From Balanoglossus misakiensis (Eukaryota; Animalia; Hemichordata), in NCBI GenBank assembly GCA_040954595.2, contig CM082585.2, positions 9,722,564 to 9,786,563 on the forward strand: DNA of 64,000 bases. The letters are read 5' to 3'. Positions 26,601 through 37,506 of this stretch are shown here, piece by piece (within the stretch, counting starts at the first letter, position 1; the number at the start of each line of letters is the position of its first letter). The notes under the pieces were generated by a model that was not told the origin of the DNA, did not search any database, and saw only the letters and a program-made list of their open reading frames with translations. The position numbers and the translations under genes are program-made.

Positions 26601-27334
26601 TAGAATTTAAGAAAAAAATAGCTTTTTTAATACACTGATTCAATAAATTGGTGTTTCTCAATTTCCCAGGTGGAAAGGACAAAACGTGGCGACCACAGAA
26701 GTAGCTGAGGTTATTTCCGTGCACCCTGCTGTGGAGGAGGTAAACGTTTACGGAGTTCAGATCCCAGGTATAATTCTAATCTCCCACTTCCTGCTCATAG
26801 GCGTTGAAGACACTGATGGTGCTTGCGTTTTGCCAACCTCATCATGCACTCAATCAATCTGACGAAATTCAGAATGTAGAGATGAGCGGCGTCGTGTTGA
26901 CCTTTGCTTTGTCTTTTACAGCTGAGAGATTTTCTTCTAACCTTGTTAACGGTTAAATAACTTATAACTTGAGTCTTGTTGAAAATAAAAATGATCGTTT
27001 CTCTATCTACAAATGTATATCATTAGGTCATGATGGCCGGGCTGGTATGGCTGCCGTAGTTTTGAAACACGGAGAGCTGTTTGACGCGAGAGAGTTTTAT
27101 GACCACGTCACAGCATCGCTGCCTTTGTACGCTTGCCCACTGTTTCTGCGCATGATGAAGACCCTGGAAACAACGGGAACTTTCAAGTACAAGAAGGTGG
27201 ACCTTGCCAAACAGGGATTCAATCCAACTGAGGTTCCAGAGAGGATGTACTATATGGACACGGCTGATTGCACGTACAAGCCCTTGGACGGACCGGCTTA
27301 TTTGCATATCGTAGCGGGAAAGGCAAAGTTGTAG
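23681..27334 (+). CDS. Very-long-chain acyl-CoA synthetase / fatty acid transport protein (SLC27A2/5/6-like), 9 coding exons, ~622 aa
   Basis: Exons 23681-24170, 24605-24817, 24987-25145, 25308-25432, 25555-25749, 26035-26125, 26227-26416, 26670-26767 and 27027-27334 total 1869 nt with consistent phases and GT-AG introns. Motifs: AMP-binding [42 protein letters not shown] signature [33 protein letters not shown] and TGTFK. The C-terminus is AKL. Confidence 0.95.
26490..26566. mobile_element. Very short Harbinger/Tourist-like MITE remnant in SLC27 intron 7
   Basis: TTA-GGCCAAATAAAAAATAT...ATATTTTTTTTGGCC-TTA: a 3-bp TTA duplication and ~15-bp inverted ends enclosing a 71-bp element. Confidence 0.55.
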
Positions 27335-28171
27335 AAGGTAAGTCTCACAGACACGTACTCTCGTGAGACATAATATCGCAATACGGCTTCTTAGTGGAGA
27401 ATTGAATTAAAGGCTCTGTGGTTTATGGATTAAACTCAAGGTACTATGGAAATGTCATGCATTCATGAAGATCATATGCCTTAAAGCGCGAGAGACTTGA
27501 GAAAGTCTTACTAAGAAAGAGTCTTTGTTGTATGTCTGCGCAGTATATCAAATGTCGTTTTATGAAATCGATGAAATTGGAACATGATTTTCATTCTTTA
27601 CTCACAATTTTTTATTATGACAAAAGATAATGAACCTTTCGTACAGAACGCCCAAAATGTATTATTAGAATATGCATTTCAAAATATAATATACAACAAA
27701 TTGGTCATTCGTCCTTCGACCAAGTACGAACATAATATTGCGATTTTCTTGGAAAAATATCAATGTTTCACAACAGACGAAAGTTCAAAGCAATTTCGTG
27801 CAGTGACAGAGATACAAGATAATAATGTCTCTAAAGATTTAAATTGCTCAATCTACTTCTGTCGTCATCACTTCGAAATCTGCTTTCTTATTTTATTGAT
27901 GCGTTTCCTTGGTAACCGTCTTTTATGTCAATACCATTATATGCGACTGACCAGTTCCGAAATTTTCGTATTTGCGCTACGGTTCAACAAATTTTGTGAC
28001 TCGTGATGGCGCACTCCATCTCGAACAGCACACGATTCTCTCTTCGGGAGACCATCTGAGGCCGTTTCTTCTTGTAAATACAGGAATCTGTCCCTGGCCG
28101 TTTACATGATATCACGTTTATATCGTCCTTCAACTATATCACATGTAGAATCCACAGACAACCCGGTTCAA

Positions 28172-31100
28172 TTACACACTGCTGAAAATCGCTTCAATCG
28201 GAACCTTCCCGATAGACTTTCGGAAGAACAGATCCTCGACTACATCGGTTTTGTAGGCCCTGAGAGACGAGATCGTCAGGAGTAGCTTTCCGAATCTCGC
28301 GGGATTCTGCGGGTTTTTGTTATTCTCGTACTGCGCGAGAATCAGCTGGGCCTGGTCTTGCAGGAACTCGATTTGATGCGGGTTGCTCAGGCCTTGCTTG
28401 AAATCTACATTTGAAAGACAAGTTCATCGCAATGAGAATTTCTGCAGTTATGTAACCACAGTTATTTCATATGTTTTCATTTCAAGGGAAAGTTTTTTTT
28501 TCATATTATGAAACACACACACAATATTTTTTTTGTAATTATTATGTTATAATGTGAAAACATGGAGTGCTACCAGTCGGGCAGCTTGCGAAAGTTATGT
28601 TGATTGTTCGTGACGTCATTTCCGATTTGTGTATGCTACCCACCTGTTCTGAAAAGGACGAGCGCCTCCAAGAGTGCAAATTCGTTCGAATCCAGCGAGA
28701 GTGATTTGCATCTCTTGACTGTGTCTTGCAATGACGTCAGGACAGCGGGCACATCTAGATCCGATCTCTCGTTTCCCTTGAGGACGAATAATGATTTTTT
28801 TCAGTGTATGGAAACTTGTGAGAATGTGTTCCGTGTGTAGGCACCTCGCCTGTGATTTTGGATTTCGGTAAATCTGATTAGAGGGTTAATTTTTGCTAAG
28901 ATGTTTGATAGTTTTGTTAAATTTGAAAACGGGTCTATTTTTAGGGGTTGTCGATAGCATAAATAAGACAAGATAGTGTCTGTGGATTAAAAAGATCAGA
29001 ACATCCAAAATAAATCGTCAAAAAATTTGCTCAGTGCTAGAGGTACAAACGAACAATATGAGTTAGCCAGCAATAAATCGAGATAATTGTCGACACAAAC
29101 GGTCGTAAGTAAAATGTAGAGTCGTTTTTACCTTTAAGTTGTCGAATGTTGTTGCTGAGTCTGGGTTGCCTTGAAACTGCACAATCAGCGAGGCCATGTC
29201 CACCGGCCAGTAGGAGGCGTGTAACAGGAACAGCTCGCTCCAACACTCCTCCAGGAGCAGAATTTGGTCTCTGAACGCCAGACTTTGAAACGACTGCACG
29301 CTCCGTGCCCTCTTGACCGTGGTGAACAGAATCTGGGCGGCGATTTCGTGTAACATCTCCTGGTAGCCCTGCCGGCTGAGCGCGATGGGTCGAACCAAAA
29401 CTGGAGCCGGGCTTGCGTTTTTCAGCAGTTGGTTTGCGTCCGATGGGACTGTTGAACCTAGACGATAAAATAAAAAATGTTGGGACTGTAACCGGCATTG
29501 ATCGATGGTTAAAACCCATCGGTATTTCATGTTGAAGCTTAAGCATTCTCCTTTCAAATTGGCAAACAGCGGAAACCGCGATGGAGATGCTCGGGTTGAA
29601 AGTGAAAATATAAGTCTATTTTACTCGTGCATGTGTCGTATAACATTCGCGAAGGTAAGCGGCTATCCCTTACCTGCAGTTGTTAGCATCCTGCTTGGTA
29701 ACTGCGGCCCCAGCACTATACCCGTCGGTGTGTGCAAACCGTGCAGCGGCGGCACCGAGCTCTGAATCGGGTACGGGTGAAACCGAGTGGGCCGGAAACT
29801 CTCGAACGCACTTCGGAACTCCCCGTGGTCCTTCTCGGTTTTCGACTTGCCCGCCCGGGCGTTTGTCGTCTTCCAGGGCTGGAAGGGGCTGTGGTGTGGT
29901 CTGGGACTCGTCGTTCTCTCCGTGGAGTCCGGGATTCTTGACCGGGGAACGGGTGACGAGCTCCTTAGTTTGTCGCCGTTCGCGTGATGGTCGTTTGCGC
30001 TGCCGTAGCTACTGGTAGAATCCGGCTTTGCCTTGCTTTTCTCGGCTGGGGGGTCTTTGTTCTTTCTTGGGCCTCGTTCTTCCTGAACGGCTGAAATTTT
30101 AAGGAAGGTCTACTTTAATTAATTGTTATCCGGATATTTTGTAGTATACAGAAACGTTGTTTCACTGGACTCCATTGCATGTAAAAAAGTCGTGCGGTGC
30201 ATGGTCGGACTAAAACACAATACACAGCTGCAGAAAACATAGAACTTGTTTGATGGAGTTTCGCTACATCTGCCTGTCTGTCTGGCTGTCTGTCTGTCTG
30301 TAGAGACCCTCATTCATAAACATACTCAAGTCAAAGTTTTACCGAATTATCAAAACCACGGTCCCTCCATCGTAGATGACGGAGGGACCGTGTCAAAGCG
30401 AAACGGATGATACGCGATGACTTCACGTGTCTTGAAACCGTTGAAGTCGAGAGTCATGGAGGACTCCAGTCGTCCACTGCGCACACGACCGACGGGCTGT
30501 ATCATTTTCCCCGGCCACCCTCCGATATAATCTGTACAAATTGCCAGATATGATCGCTGCCATCTCGAATTCCTCTCTTTGCAGCTCACCCAGCGAGCGC
30601 CGCGGGATTCTCACACCCTAGCCGACGTCATTGATACCACTAGTGACGAACTGTTAAGTGTGCAGTCGTCCCCTTCATCGATTTCCGCCGTGTTTTCCAT
30701 TAAAACCGCGCGCAGGTGTTTCAAGGCGACGCTATTTGAGAAATATGACTTCGAGCGGTGTCACGACACCTCCGATTTCGTAATCTTGTTTCCCGCCAGA
30801 TATGCAAACCATCGACAGTTTCTTTGAAAAGCTAACTTTTTCCCGTCACCTTCTATACGCGAGTGTCGAATCAACTGCCCAGTTGATCTTTGGTGAGCGG
30901 CCTGCGCGCAGCGGCCGTGTTGGCGGCACGCGACTTCCACTGAGGTGCACAATCCGAGGGACGACATATAAAACAAACTTTTGAAAATTAATGACAACTA
31001 TCGTGTTGCTATGTTTCAAGTCGGAGTGACTGATATTAGCCTGACTCTGATTGGAATTCAGACGAAGCAACACACAAAAATTGGCCAATTATGAGGGGTG

Positions 31101-33112
31101 AAAAATTTCGAACACGCACCGTTTCTGTTCATATTCACGGCGAAGCATTTGTTGAGCCGGCAGAACGGACACCAGTTCCGCCGCGCCTTGTCGATGGTGC
31201 AGTTTCCCTTCCCGATGCACGTGTACACCATGTTGCGTCGGATGCTGCGCTTGAAGAAGCAACTGCAACCATCGCAGCAGTAGACGCCGTAGTGTTTGCC
31301 GTAGCTCTTGTCCCCGCAGACCTGGCATGGAACTGGGTTTGGCAGTGTCCGACCTTTTGGGAGTGGATTTGGGAAAAGAATGAACAAAAGAAAAAACTGT
31401 TTAGTGAAAGTGAATTTGTATTTACAAAACGAGCAACAACTGCCCCGGTAATTGGATCATGATATTCGCGGTTACCTGCCAAACAAATAACGCACAGTTT
31501 GTCATGTACATGTATAACCCGTGCAGATTGACAAGCGGATTATTTAGACGCGTCCGCCGACGTCGGGCGCAGGTTCTCCGGAGTTTGAGACATAGCGCTC
31601 CGGTCCCGTCCAATGTTTACGGTTCCGTCCAGTGTAGTTTTGATGAGCGGTTGTGAATGAGTATTTGTTTCTCTCACAAATCTATACGAGTTGTTCTACA
31701 CGGACATATAATATGTTGACTCAGAAACGATAATAATGAATCGCACGGATTTCGAGCAAATTCGACCGCGTGGATACCTGAATGATATAATTTTGTCGAA
31801 CAAACGAGTTGGAGTCACACGTTTCAGTCTATCTTTTACTGTGCCTTTTTTGTCAAATTTCTGCAGTCAATTCCTTGCGAAACTTCTCAGTGTGCGTGTG
31901 ATTTCGGGTGACAAATTGTCACTTCAAGTGTTGAACGAAAAGTTGGCACATATACAGTAAAAGTCACGATCGGTTTAATTTTGTGTTGCATGGGAAAGTT
32001 TTCTTGACGCGTTTGTAAGCATTTCAAGTTACGCTGTGTAAACATATAATAAAAGGGGACAGTGCATTAAAATATAGTCACTGTAGTTACATCTGTTGTG
32101 ATTTCAATAACATTGCCCGCAGCAAATATCTGGCCGTGAAAGGGGGTGTTCTCGAAACGCATGGTTTACGTGCTTTGCGCCCATTTTCACACACACAAAA
32201 ACAAATACCCGAATTTTGGGCGTGAGCAACGTGGTGTTTTTGAAAACGCGACACTTGAAAAGTATTCGGAAGTGTTTAAGCGCACGCAATTAATTACTGG
32301 AGTGCCTTTGAGGTCCGGCGTCCGCGCTGATTGACGTCGACAGCGCGATCACCTGGCCGCGCTGTTGTGCGGCCCACTCGAACGGCAACCTCGGCGTGAA
32401 ATTAATCGGTATTGGTCGAGTGGCGATAATGGCGGTTTGGTCGTGTGCCGGTGAAAGGAAACAGACAGTGCCGCTAAACGGCAAAACAAACACTCCTTTC
32501 TAAGATCAAATCGAAGATAGAACGAACAAGAACCGTTTTCTTGTTTTCTTTTGTAATCTGCGAATATTAGTGCGTCGGCCACGCGTCGCTCGTACTTCAA
32601 TACTTGGAGTTCGTGATTTCTGCGAAACGTTAATTCAACTGGACGCGCTTCCCTTTCTGGGCATTTTATGACACGTTTTGGTCTGTATCTCCTTTAGAAC
32701 AAAAAAATTGTGCGTTTAGAGGAACAAAAATAACGAGGACATGACAGAAACGTAAAGTGAATTAAATGATTCAGTATAAGCCAAACGAAAATGAACGAAA
32801 GTGGAAAGATAAATCTGCCACGCCGTATTTAATATATTGTCAGTTACTTGAGCTGTGTGAGGTGTACATTAGATTCCTTTCTTGTCTTGGTCGGAGCGAC
32901 AATTCTAAAAGCCTGGTGTATTTTATGATATCATGGTCGCGGACTTAGAGTCATATATTTACAAACAAGGCGCATCTACTAAGTTAATGCATGCTGGTCT
33001 TAACGAGATGCTTCGTTAAATTTTCAGCAATACAACAGTACGACGTCAAATTTTCTCACACTAACGTTAAAAAATATTATAGTGAAAAAAATATCAAGAA
33101 ATACTTACCCAT
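28172..33112 (-). CDS. NR2E (tailless/PNR) family nuclear receptor, most similar to PNR-like NR2E6; 6 coding exons, ~448 aa
   Basis: Exons 33112-33109 (ATGG), 31353-31120 (two C4 zinc fingers: [31 protein letters not shown]...[13 protein letters not shown]), 30090-29674 ([10 protein letters not shown]-box plus hinge), 29457-29132 ([17 protein letters not shown]...[16 protein letters not shown]), 28776-28644 and 28404-28172 ([31 protein letters not shown]) total 1347 nt with all phases consistent. The RRNWCP and LFFRKxIG motifs place it in NR2E. The CDGCSC P-box and MGRTLP N-terminus recall insect NR2E6; that assignment is from memory and needs a tree. Confidence 0.9.
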
Positions 33113-33199
33113 TTTGAAAGTTCTGATCGAAGATATTTTATTTTCCCGGTGGTTTCGGCAGGAGGGTCGCGAAATTTCAGAAAAAGCAGGGAAGGGGCG

Positions 33200-33600
33200 C
33201 GGATATCACTTCTGGTGACTTTGGTATACCAACACACAATATCAAATGACAGAACGACTACAGAAGTCTACGCGACTCCATGAAAGTTGACGGGTTTCCG
33301 AAGCAGAAATCCAGTTGACTTAGCATACTGCTTATAAGGCCTTTGTGCCTCCCCACATATTTTTTGCGTAAATTATGACACTATTAACTTAACTTTCCAG
33401 TGTGAAGGCTGTTCAATCAATTCCATGACTCCCTCCGGTATATTCCCGACCAACCAATCAGAGAGCAGCTTCGCCGAACTCTGGCAATACATCCAGGCAC
33501 TTTTCTTTTCATATGCAAATATTACGCCAAATGAATTATGTCTCTTGACGTCAAAAATTAATTTAAAGAAAAAATCAGCTCCGTGGAAATTAATATTCTT
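33200..33600 (-). promoter_or_regulatory. Putative proximal promoter of the NR2E receptor gene
   Basis: Directly upstream of the ATG exon: TATAAG (~33330-33337), CCAATCA (~33455), octamer ATGCAAAT (33513-33520), full CRE TGACGTCA (33546-33553), TAAT clusters and two AAGTCA half-sites (33216, 33316). Motif presence only, no functional data. Confidence 0.4.
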
Positions 33601-36600
33601 GACCTCGTGTTTGACAAAACTCAGTTCAACAGAAGTTGCAACAAATTTACAGCGACTTGCAAATAAAGCAGGCTGTTCAAATACACGTATGTTTTATTTA
33701 ATACGTTATAAAATGGTCTCTTGGTAAATACCGAAGACGTTTCCAGGTCGTTGCATGTAGTTTTACCGCGTTTCGGTGTACCGTTTTTTTTTATAAATAA
33801 CGAATAATATAAAATTTGGTCGCTTTTACCAATTAACCAAACATTTAATTTTTAGTTGTCTAATTTCATCACCCTTACTTTGGTTCTACTTGGACTTACA
33901 TTCATACTGTATTTTTTATTGTTGTTGTTGTTTACATATACATATAGTGAAATCGTTTGCAAAACTTTTGGAAGACTACCCAAAAATGAAAAGTAATCAA
34001 ATTACAGATTTTCGTGGAAGGAAGTTTCGTAAAACCTCACGTTTTCGTTGTTATTATTACATTTTGTCACATTTTAGATCAATTCTTTTTTTTTCCTTTT
34101 GTGTGCCAGGCGCTAGGCATTCCTTGTGTTAAACAAGTTCTTAAAACAAGCTTCTGTTTGATTGCGTATAGTGCGCTTTCTTTTCTGTTTTTCTGTGTGC
34201 GCGTTGAGTGCTTTGTGCTGTGAAATTTGAGACGAAAGAATTAACAAATATAACTAGACGGTTCTGTGTTGTGGGAAGACAGTTGCCAGTTGACTGTGTC
34301 GATCGACACAAGGGTGAAACAATAAATATAAAAGGCGCAAAGACTCAATGAACGCATTCCAACGACGCCTGGCACTTTGGAAGGCGCAGACGACACAATG
34401 TGAGCTGAAAGGCCCGCGCTGCCGCAGGTCCCTTGTCAAGTGCTTACACGTGCCACCCTATCCATTATGCACGTGGAAGGATCAACCCTCCACGCGACAA
34501 TGACAACAAACATGAGATCGCCAATTAAGACAAGATAGAGCGGCTTGACCGTGCGGCGACAAACCACAAGCTGTAGTAGATAGCCGCGAAGAGAACCCCA
34601 TTGTACGTTATCATCGCCCGTTCAACTGATCTATTCAGCTTTATTGGTAGATAAGGCGAAAAAATTGAAGGGGTGGGTGCGGTATTGTACGACGATTTTC
34701 TGCACCATTTAACCACAAATTGTATAGCCTGCTCGGGTGCCCCTTTTGGGATTCGACACAAAGAAGCTGGTCTATCATCAACTTATACCCGACCGCACAT
34801 TTCTTACACTAAAACGCAAATACAGCATAGCACAATCGACTTTTTTTTCAAATGGAAGATTTATGATCACAAATGATACAATTACTTGTTAAGTTAGCTT
34901 TCGTATAATGTTGGCAGAGAATATAAATTTACTGAAACAGGCAAAAGCTGGTTTGTGTCAAATGCAATCCTCAAACATTGTAAATTTGGGAGCCATCAGA
35001 AGGAGTGGGTCGATTATTGGGAATTAAACTTCGCCTGTAAATCAACGGTCGCACAGTTGCAATTTATTAAGTATAAACACACGCAAAACAGCACTGTTAA
35101 ACAAAAATGGCCAAAACGATGGGATAGTGTTTCTTTGCGATATTTTAGGAGAGAATGAACAGTTTTACCATTACGTTGTTGAAACCTTTTCCTTTAACAC
35201 ACTCCAGTTTTTTTCGAGGATGAAACCTGAGATGCGTGCGCAGCCCATGTCTTCTCCTGATCGCTGACGATCTCTTGAGAGTTTGGAAGTAGTACCGGAT
35301 AAGGTTTGTTTGCTCAGTTGCGGATCAATACGCATTCGCATTTCATTTCCAGTAGCAAGCACATAAACGGGTATTGATTGAGCGGCAAATATTAGTTCTT
35401 AATGTAGCGAGATCTATGACGTTGTCGGAATGACAACGTTTCGCCCAATTCGCGTTTTGTCTTTTCTTTCATCAGGCTTGTGATTTACCGAGGGCGACGC
35501 GTCACCGAGTCATGTTGCTTCATGCGCGCGTAGATACAAAATGGCTGACTCTTGATTTGTGACGCGACGTGTGACGAAGTGAAGTCACCTTACTTCCAGG
35601 TTGCATTCACTGTACTGCTGTGCAACCATTTTTAGGGGTGTTTTTATTTTAACGATTAACAAACATGTGATTTAAGCAGAAGAAGAGAAGTTAAGGGCAA
35701 CAGTCCGGAGTTTGGTCATTCGTATATCGAATAACCGTCCTAGCTTTAGTATTATTATCATCAATATAACATAATTGTGGAACTATAACGGGCATTTTAT
35801 GTTCAGTCAAGATGAATAAGAGAACATTTAGTATTTTTTCAAACGCAAGATATGCTTAATGTCGTTACAAGATTAAACTGACAAGCACGACGAAACGTGA
35901 TTTCAAATTTATTAAAATAAAGAACTACAAAAATTACTGTGAATCTGAAACTGTCAGATTCTGTATTTGTAGCCTCGCGTACCTTGTGCTCCGTTAAATT
36001 CCCCAAGTTGTGTTTTCTGTCACCCTGCACTATTCATTTTTCTGTCTAAATATTAGCTCAATGCGTCAAACATAACTTGATGCAAGCCCGGTTTATGTAC
36101 ACGTCAAGTTTAAAATATATCATCTTGTTGAAAACAGCTCTGTTGGTTTATTTTTGTACCTTTTTGTTGCTAATTGCTCGATGTCACCATGGGTCTCCCG
36201 GTTAAAATGTATTCCCAGACATGGCAAATTGGTCGCGTTCCTTTCATTGCATTAATCACGGGCATATGATAATTACAAGCTGTGCAAACGCGCGATGCGC
36301 GTAAGAAAACAGATAGATGGCCGCTGGCAAACGGCGCACGCCATTTAACCCACTTAAAGATGAATATTGTAGCACTTCAGCCCTTATTCCTCTCCATTCA
36401 CTCGCCGTGTTTATTGATGAGCGCCATTGAAATGTATTGACGAGGAGGAGAAAAGGCCGCAAACAGCCGCGGGGGAAAATCGGTCTCTCGCTCACGGAAT
36501 CGGACCTGGGTAGAATGGGAAAGAAGGGGGAGAGACCTGTACATGCGACGTGCTCGGTGAAACATAATTGAGGTGGCGTTTCAAAGCTTCCGTTGCGATT

Positions 36601-36700
36601 TCATCGAGTCGTTGTCTTTCATAAGCAAAACAGGTGAATCTGGCGCGTGGATTTTCTTGAAAAGGTCGGCTTAGATCAGAAAAACCCAAGACGTGCAAAG

Positions 36701-37317
36701 TTAAAGGGGAAATCCGTCGTAGCTGATTTCTACATAATTTGGTAGCTTTGATGTCACTCTTTCAGAAAAAAACATATTCGCCATGTATAGGTCGCGCGAT
36801 TTTTTACAAAATCTAGGGAAATTTCCAATATGGCGTTTACTGTAATTTGAATCATGGGAAAAAAAGCGCCAGGACCAACTTCCGCCCACCATGGTGTGGG
36901 TGATACCATTCTCCGATAGGTGTCACTGGGCGACAGACTAGGCGTATTTTCATAGCTATTGTTTGTTCTTTGCATCAGTTGATAAACAATCATCAGCAAA
37001 GTCGAAAATTTGTCATCTATTGACAGTTTTCATGAGCTATAACCCATGGAAAATATGCAAATACGCTTAGCTTGTGAGGCAGTGACACCAATCGGAAAAT
37101 GGTATCACCCACACTAAGGTGGGCGGAAGTTGGTCCTGGCGCTTTTTTTCCCATGATTCAAATTACAGTAAACGCCATATTGGAAATTCTGCCAACTTTC
37201 CCTAGATTTTGTAAAAAATCGCGCGACCTATACATGGCGAATATGTTTTTTTCTGAAAGAGTGACATCAAAGCTACCAAATTATGTAGAAATCAGCTACG
37301 ACGGATTTCCCCTTTAA
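36701..37317. mobile_element. Non-autonomous DNA transposon (MITE), Kolobok-like: TTAA target-site duplication with ~200+ bp terminal inverted repeats
   Basis: TTAA(36701-36704)-AGGGGAAATCCGTCGTAGCTGATTTC...GAAATCAGCTACGACGGATTTCCCCT-TTAA(37314-37317). The arms match almost perfectly for about 200 bp apart from one ~10-nt indel and a few substitutions. RR...YY termini with a TTAA TSD fit Kolobok rather than piggyBac. No transposase is encoded. Confidence 0.85.
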
Positions 37318-37393
37318 GCCCAGCACGGTGTTGTTACATAAGCTCATATCAGCGTATTTTAGGAGTTCAAATTGGCGAAAACCGCACTGTATT

Positions 37394-37425
37394 CATCATC
37401 ACCACCACCACCACCACCGTAGTAA

Positions 37426-37506
<81 letters not shown>
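37394..37506 (+). repeat. (CAC)n and (CAT)n microsatellites
   Basis: Read directly; the long perfect CAT run spans 37426-37506. Confidence 0.95.

Noticed and set aside
36701-37317. Mirror-image ORFs (…AEVGPGAFFPMIQITVNAILEI…) on opposite strands suggesting a duplicated gene
   Set aside because: They are translations of the two arms of the inverted-repeat MITE.
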